64,000 bases of DNA from the human T2T-CHM13v2.0 reference genome, Homo sapiens, in assembly GCF_009914755.1 (NCBI RefSeq), contig NC_060939.1, one strand, 5' to 3'. The translations under genes and the position numbers were made by a program. Position 1 is the stretch's first letter, and every line of letters begins with the position of its first letter. Positions 53,011 through 64,000 of the stretch are shown here, piece by piece. The notes under the pieces are model-generated. The model searched no databases and had not been told where the DNA came from. It saw nothing but the letters and a program-made list of their open reading frames with translations.

Positions 53011-54487
53011 AAGGAAAAAACAAAGGTTATCTTTGACAATGAAAGTATACATAGGAATTAAATGATAAACATGGTTTTTCTATTGTTAACCATGTTCTTC
53101 CTGATGGAGCATATGTAATAAACTCATTCATTCCCAGGAGTATCTGTATTAAACAAATCTTACTTTTAATTTCCTTACAACATAATCATTTTTAAGTAAT
53201 TACAGTGAATCCATCTCTATAAATTTAGAGCCAGATTTGTAACTCTTGCTCAAAAATGAGCTGGCAGAAAAACACTGTTCCCATAAACATAGACACTAAG
53301 TTGCCTACCCTTCCTACAAGTAAGAGAAAAGCCAGACAGCAAGATGACAAGTTTACTTAGGGTTGTGTTTTTACAAATTACACAGAAGGAAGCTAAAGGG
53401 CAGCGAATAGCCTGGTTCACCAAAAATCATAGGAAGACACAACCTTCCATCTCTTAAATCTTCAACCCACATTTCCATTGTTTCAAAACAGTAGGAATTC
53501 CTATGTTAGAAAATATCTAGGCAAATCTGTATTGTAACATGACTGGAGGTAAGTTTTAGCAGGGAAAATCTAAAAGGCCAAACTGATTTGGAAATGTGTA
53601 TGGGCTTACTTTTCTTTGAATACATCTATTGCCTTGAGAATTCACTTTCACACAACACACTGAAGTCACACTATAAAGATCTGATTCAAAAGGAAATGGG
53701 AAGTTTCTCCTGTTTCCTCATCTTGAACTGTATCTAACTCCCTCCTGAGAATCTCTCAGGTTGACAAAAAATAAGCAGAATATGAAAATAAATCCATCCC
53801 TGTGGAACTCATGAAGCTGCACACTAGTAAGCTTCACTTCTATGAATGTATATTATACTTTGATTAAAAAAGGTTTTTAAACATTTTTAAATAAAAGACA
53901 TAGGTACAAATTTAACAAAACGAACAGGATCTACATGCTAAAAATTATAAAGAAAAAATAAAAATAATAAACGAAAAAATTATTAAGGAAAGAAATCAAA
54001 GATAATCAAAATAGATGGAAAGACATGCCACATTCCTAGATTCGAAGACTAAATATTATAAAATGTCAACTGTCCCCCAAATTGATCTATAAATTGAATG
54101 TAATACTTAACAAAATACCAGAAAGATTTTTTTGGAGTTATAAGCAACCTTATTTTAAAATTTTAAGTGGAAAGAGTAAGGAACTAGAATAGCTAAAAAC
54201 ACACACCTTACCATCAACTTACAATCAATGATATTGAGATACATAAATGAAACATATTGCCAATCCTCAAAAAGAAGATTTTCAAAATAAGACCTTCATA
54301 AAAATCTGCTTGGGCAGAGAGAATGATTAACAAAGCAAATTATTAGATATTGTCAATAAATCAGGAAGATTTGCTAAAGAATCTACAGGTGGTTTCTCAA
54401 GAATTGACTTCAAGTACAAAAATCCATTTTACAACACAACAGGTTCTTTTCCCTCCCACCACTACAACAGTACTGATAATCAGAGAT

Positions 54488-54490
<3 letters not shown>

Positions 54491-54526
<36 letters not shown>
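54491..54526. repeat. (CA)18 microsatellite
   Basis: Direct reading. Confidence 0.95.
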
Positions 54527-54532
<6 letters not shown>

Positions 54533-54933
54533 TAAGTACACACACTAAAAGAGCCCATATATAGATTACTCCAAAAGAGCCACACTTTATTCTTCTTAAT
54601 GTTTACGAAATCTGAGTTACTTATCTTTTAATCTAGGATAGTGCGAAAGGGTTTTTTTTTAATATCAACCCAAAAAATAATCAATAACCCCAAAGTCTAA
54701 AGAAAAAACAATAAAATGAAGATTTACACTACTCATTGTCTCCTTAAATTAACCTAACCCCAAATAATTTTTTACCTACTCACCTAGCCTTTACTAACAG
54801 GTCAGCTATTAGTGTGGGAAGAAGAGGAGAGGAAACTATCCATCCCAGTTTGCCCAGGACATTACCATTGTATGCCTGTGTTTCTGTATGTACCATTTTA
54901 CTGTGGCAGAGGCAGGAGATCAAATGCCTATCA

Positions 54934-55944
<1,011 letters not shown>

Positions 55945-56469
55945 AACATTAGCTTTCAAGATGCAGAAAATTTAAATCCAAGAATCAGCTCTGCTGTGGA
56001 AAATATGAAACCTACCTGTCTACGTCTCAAAATTGTTAAGAGGATCAAATAAGAATTCATATGAAAGTATTTTAATGCAATGTACTAATGTGAGCTATGA
56101 TTATTACAAGTTCATGAATAAAACTGTATAACCTCAGATCTCATGTATAAAATGAGTGGGGTCCTAAATGAGTTCCAAAGCATTTCTAAATCTGAAATTC
56201 TGTATTAACAGTGTCCTCTTAACTCAGCCTTCTACCTGCATCTAATCTACCTCCCCTAGAAGTATACCTTGTTTTATGGATAATGGTTCCCAGGTCTTCA
56301 TGCTTTCTATCTTCACTAGGACGTAGCCAACTCTCCACATTCGTCTCTTATGGCTCTGATTGTCTAAAAGTTAAATATGTCCGTTCCCTCCAAAAAGACT
56401 TTAAATCCCCTCTTAATCTAATTTATATTTCACGCTCTCCACCTTCCATATCTTGCAATATAGAGTAGT

Positions 56470-56700
56470 GACTATACTATGCACATGAAACCTGAAGCCA
56501 GGCTACCTAGGTTTAGATCCTGGCTTTGCTATGTCACTAACTCTGCAATGTAACCTTGAACAATTTACTTAATCTTTCTGTGCCTCAGTTTCCTCATCTA
56601 TAAAATAGGTATAACAAGAGTATGCCTACTGCAGAAGGTTGTGTAAAGTAATGAAAACCGTGCCTGGATGTAGTAAATGTTACATAGTGACTGATGAAGT
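56470..56700 (+). mobile_element. MIR
   Basis: Core accttgaacaatttacttaatctttctgtgcctcagtttcctcatctataaaat. Confidence 0.8.
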
Positions 56701-56902
56701 CCTTTTCTAACCTTGCCTCTCTAAAAGTGTAATGCTTACAGGCTAAGATGAAACAATGAACCAACATTTGCCTCTGGCTTTTTCTCACTGAAAAATGTCT
56801 TATTTACCTATCAAAAGTTTCTCCATATCACTGTAGTGAAGTCAAACACACTCTTCATGGTTGGATATATTTTTTTTACTCTGTTCAAATCCTCTAACCT
56901 AA

Positions 56903-57274
56903 CATGTTAGTCCGGTCTCATGCTGCTGTGAAGAAATACCCAAGACTGGGTAATTTATAAAGGAAAGAGGTTTAATTGCCTCACAGTTCCACAGGGCTGG
57001 AAAGGCCTCAGAAAACTTACAATCATGGCAGAAGGGGTTAGCAAACACATCCTTCTTCACATGGGGGCAAGAAGGAGAAGTGCCTAGCAAAAGGGGGGAA
57101 AGCCCCTTTTAAAACCATCAGATCTCATGAGAACTCACTATCAGGAAAACAGCATGAGGGTAACCATCCCCACGATTCATTTACCTCCCACCGGGTCCCT
57201 CCCCCCACACGTAGGGATTATGGGAACTAAAATTCAAGATAAGATTTGGGTGGGGACACAGCCAAACCATATCA
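56903..57274 (-). mobile_element. THE1 (THE1C-like) MaLR solo LTR
   Basis: Minus strand starts TGATATGGTTTGGCTGTGTCCCCACCCAAATC; 5-bp TSD cctaa (56898-56902, 57275-57279). Confidence 0.9.
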
Positions 57275-57279
57275 CCTAA

Positions 57280-57520
57280 CATTTCCCAAAACTTGTTCCT
57301 CAGATCACTAGTTCCTCAAGATGTTATAAGGAGGAAAAAAGGTTCAGAGATCAAATAAATTTGGAAAATACTAATTTAATGTTAAACAGGCTTCTTTACT
57401 GTAAGTCTTTTACATGTTAATATGTACTTGACATTCCAAGAGAGAATAAAGTACACATTGTTTCCCAAGTTTATTCGACTCCAGAGCCCTTTTGTCAAGG
57501 AGCCACATTGGGAAATGCTG
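57280..57520. mobile_element. Old hAT-Charlie (MER103-like) fragment
   Basis: tttcccaaa...tcaaataaatttggaaaatact...ttgggaaatgctg inverted-end pattern. Confidence 0.45.
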
Positions 57521-57959
57521 CTGCTCCAGTTCTTTGACAGCTTTTAATAAAAATATGCTGTCTTATGTAAACTCAATATTTTATTAATCTGATTCACACA
57601 AAAGGTCTGTTCTCAAGTTCATGCTGAGAAATCTGGCTCAAGAAACTAGTAACTACTGCCCTGCACAAATTACTTTTGAAATTTCTGAATATCAACATTG
57701 TCCTCTTAAAAAGAACAAACATCAGTGACCAGCTCCATACTCTAAGTCACAAGCTATTTATTTCATGATGAGATTTTAACCTATTTATTTACCAACATCC
57801 TTTAAATAAAGTGTATTTATTCAACATTCCCAAATTATCAATAATGAAGACTTGCACTCTTCCTTTAAAGGAATTCCACCACAGAACCTTGCCAATCATC
57901 CCAGTACCAGTGCTGGCATACAGTGTCCTAAACATACAACTTACAGGGTTGAAGAAATA

Positions 57960-59080
57960 CTTAAAAAAGAAAATGCCATCTAACACATGAATGAAGAAGG
58001 AATAATAGAATTTCACAATTTTGCAATCACTGATGAATTAAGAAGTCTAAGCAATTATCATCAACAGCTGCTAACATCACAAAGAGACATAAGACCTTAC
58101 ATATCTCCCGATGGAAACAAAAATCACTCCTATGAAGTACTCTTACTGAGAGGGAAAAAAAAATACAAACCAACCTATCAATTTACAGGAAATTCAGGAG
58201 ACAGGAAGAACATGTTAACTGACATTACAGAGATGCAATGAGACTAAGGGAAACTTATCAGGGCAAACAACCTGCTTTCTTTTAAAAAATAAGAAAAAAA
58301 AGAGATGAAGAGAGTCTAAAGATTTAAAATGATGTAATAAACATGCCAAACTACTGTAAAGTATGAACCTTATTTGGATGTCACTTCAAGCAAATAAACT
58401 ATAGATCTATATCTATCTATAAACCAGAGAAATATGAAGCCTGATTCATATTTGATATTAAGAACTTGCTATACATTTTTTGGTATGATAATGTTATTAT
58501 GGTTATGCTATAAAAAGAGATAGACACTCTTATCTTTTAAAAATCAATATTGAAATATCTGAAAGGTAAACATTACGTATGTCAAGGATTTGATTTAAAA
58601 CAATCCAGAGGCCGGGTGTGGTCGCTCACACCTGTAATCCAAACACTTTGGGTGGCCGAGGCAGGTGGATCACCTGAGGCAAGGAGTTCGAGACCAACCT
58701 GGCCAACATGACAAAACCGCATCTCTACTAAAAATACAAAAATTAGCCGGGCGGGGCAGCACATGCCTGTAATCCCAGCTACTTGGGAGGCTGAGGCACG
58801 AGAGTCGCTTGAACCCAGGAGTTGGAGGTTGCAGTCAGCCAAGTTCGCGCCACTACACTCCAGTGTGGGTGACACAGCGAGACTCTGTCTCAAATAATAA
58901 TAACAACAACAATCCAAGGATTGGGGATGAGGGGTGCTAGATAGAAATATAGATGAAACAAGACTGCCTATGAGTTGATAATTCTTGAAGTTCAATATTG
59001 GGTACATGGGAGCTCTTTATACTATTCCCTCTACTTTTATGTTAATATATATTTAAAATATACTATAATAAAAAGATAAG
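57960..59080 (+). mobile_element. Old L1M 3'UTR interrupted by AluS 58610-58910
   Basis: tatttgatattaagaac, gatttgatttaaaacaatcca, tgggtacatgggag...ttatactattc; TSD aacaatcca. Confidence 0.7.
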
Positions 59081-61019
59081 AAAAAATGCTGTATGGGAAT
59101 TGAATTATCATAGTATCTACCTATTCCCATAATAGATTAATCCAGAGTCAGGCACAAGTGAGTATTAATTTACTAACATCAAATTATATTTCTAGAATAC
59201 CATAAGGAATCATTTGACATGAACTTCACAAGTAATCAACATGCTAAGCTCTCCTATATAATAATTACTCTTATTTGCAAGTCTGTTAACAATATCTAAC
59301 CAATTTATAGCTCTCTGTGAAAAAAAGTGTTTAAGTATTATTTATTTTTAAATTTTTTTTATTAAATAAAGCAACAGTCACAGAAAAAAAATTGCAGACA
59401 ATATTGCAGAATCATTGCTGTCTTTCTAGTCCTATGGGCCTATGGTACTTCTGGAATTTATTGTCAGCAGAGTTACTGCATAAAGCACTCCGGCTCACCG
59501 AGCTCCCAAACAGCACTAGTTTTATCTTGTGTACAAAAACCCTTTCCTGCCTGCCTACTCTGAAATAAGGAGCCAAACCGACAGATGGCAGACGAAAAGG
59601 AAGAGGGAGGTGATAAGGAGGCAGTACAAGACAGCACCAGGAAAAAATAACAGAAAGAACTGAAAGACATCTTAAATACGAATATAAAAATATAAAATAT
59701 TCACCAATTTCTTAGATTTTTGCAAAACTAAGTCACATTTTGTCACTAATCAATTACTTTAAAGCTAAGTGATTCTGTGAATTCATATTGGATTTTATTC
59801 CTTTATATGGCGTAGCTTTGAGAGTTTTGAAAAATCCTTCTTAATATCTTAGACCAATTTAAATTAACCAAAGTATTTCAAACTATTCTCAAAAGAACAA
59901 GAGAAATGGGACATACTAAACTTTTATCAACATTTCACTACTGCCACATATCTGCCTTTTTAGAAGCTACCAGACTTTCTTTTTCAACTTCTAAAGAGTA
60001 AAGTGCCCCACCTCTATGCTAATCCATGATACAGTCAAAACCACTTCAGTATTACTGCAGCCTACTAGTAGGTTTTAATTAAAATATTGGTTTAAAAGAT
60101 ATTATAGTGCTGCCATTAGAATTATAGTTTTAATCTAAATTTATGTAAAACGCCTAGGCTTTTGGTATAACAAACATTATTTAAGAACATGCCAATTACC
60201 ATAAGCCATCTTGGCCCATTCGTAATGCCAAGCACTTCTGCTTCCAGATTAAGCAGCTTTCCAATCACTTACTTTAGAGATCAAACCTGCAGTACCATAT
60301 AACATAGAAGACCACTACTCATACTCTGGCAACTTTACAAAGAAATAGCAATTTCTAGGCTTTGGTTGCAGAACCAGAACCAGTTCATTTCTGGTTGCAT
60401 CATTAAAAAAAGAACAACTAGAGGTTGAGATTATTCAGGGGCTCATTCCTAAGGCAGCTCCCTCTCTCTTCCATGGAAATTTGTCAAATGGAAGAATAAC
60501 ATCTGCCTGCCTGTCTCACAGAGGTGTTATTCACATCAATTGAGAAAATGTTTACAAAAGTATTTTATAAACTAAAAAACTATAAATAAATGTAAGTTGT
60601 TATTCTCTATTTGCACTCTAGACAGTTTGCTTAACCTTGCTCCTTAATATCATTAGGTTTCAAGGTCTACCAAGAAAAGCTTCGTATTTCAAGGCATAAA
60701 GATTCACTAATATTCACTTTTTAATAGCGAAGTCCAGTCCTTACACCAATTACTGTTCTCTTCTAACATCTATTCCTCTCCTTGGCAAAACAGAACTAGA
60801 AACATGCTTTAAGAAATCAAAGCAATAGGTAGTCTCTAAAGTTCCGTCTCATTGTCACCATGAATTCCTGAACACCCATATATCATGGTCCTGCCCACAT
60901 GACAATACTTGGATGGGGTTTTCTATCAGCCAAAACTATGTCATTGAGGCTGGCCATGTCTATGCTCTGCCCCCGCTAGTCTCCACCAACATTTTTTCAT
61001 TTCTGAATTCTCATCCAGT

Positions 61020-61380
61020 CTGCATCACTTTCTAGCTGCATGATCTTAGGCAAGTTACTTAACCTCTCTGTGCTTCAAATTCCTTATCTGCAAATAAGGT
61101 TTTACCCCATAAGTTTAAACGTGCGTTAAATAATACATGGAAAAACGCTAAGAGAGTGGATGTTAAGTGTTCTCACCACAAAAATGATGACTAAATGAAG
61201 TAATGTATATGTAAATTAGCTAGATTTAGTCATTCCACAATGTATATATACTTCAAAACTTCATGTAGCACACAAGAAATACATACAATTTTATCTGCCA
61301 ATTTAAAAATAAAAAAATACATGAAACTTCTTAGAACAGTGACTGCACAGTAAATGTTCAGTGTGCTAGTGTTATTCCTT
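61020..61380 (+). mobile_element. MIR containing an L1MA 3'-end insertion (~61140-61318)
   Basis: ggcaagttacttaacctctctgtgc; taagtgttctcaccacaaaaa...cattccacaatgtatatatacttcaaaac; flanking aatacatg. Confidence 0.75.
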
Positions 61381-61862
61381 TATATGTGCATCTGTCTACT
61401 CCCCCACCACACCACCATCATTAAATTACACAAATCTTTCCATCATTCTCCATCCCTCATTCTTTCCAAAAGAATGAGCAAATTTTGAGAAGGCAGATAC
61501 TATGATCATATTACTGACTAAATTTCATTATACATGACTGAATACTTGGTTATATAACAAAGTTCAATGATACTTCATAAAAAAGATAACGGCCCACGAT
61601 GCTTCTAAATTATATTAACATTGAAATATAATCTTCCTAGTTCTAAATTAGGTTAACCACTTATTTCCAATGCTATCAGTTATCAAGGCTGCTTACTTGA
61701 ATTATATCACATAAAAGTGGCCATCACCAAAGAGTTTTATGGTACAGGGACTAAGGTCTTAAAATACGGCAAAACTTTAAAAAGCCTTCCATAAATACTA
61801 CTGTATTTGTTTAAAAACAACAATGTATCTCAAAAAAATCAAAAGCAACAGAGACGTTATCC

Positions 61863-62926
<1,064 letters not shown>

Positions 62927-62979
62927 TCAGATAATCTAATTTAGAGACAGTTTTACTCCACAGACAACTTCCTGGAGTT

Positions 62980-64000
<1,021 letters not shown>

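Overview
Primate, almost certainly human, intronic DNA from the 5' part of HERC1 (giant RCC1-like/HECT E3 ubiquitin ligase), transcribed on the - strand. Only two coding exons are supported. The ATG-containing exon is 16818..15863 (26 nt 5'UTR plus codons 1-310). The next exon is 5359..5264 (96 nt, codons 311-342). The first exon/promoter is inferred to lie beyond the right end and the following exon beyond the left end. The rest is intron packed with about 50 Alus/Alu monomers, old L1/L2/MIR fragments, DNA transposons (including a full-length Tigger1 fossil) and solo LTRs. Nearly all other ORFs in the track are repeat-derived noise. I see no convincing previously undescribed biological system. 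The best leads are: an in-frame 4-codon uORF and a back-splice-generated stop codon at the ATG exon (translatable circRNA hypothesis), a very young Ya-lineage Alu, a nested LTR cluster at 33.8-39 kb (MER41B plus MER41A inside MER21, and LTR10C with p53-like decamers), and a candidate 61-nt non-coding cassette exon near 59.5 kb. Gene and repeat family names were assigned by eye from remembered sequences; subfamilies and old-repeat boundaries are approximate.
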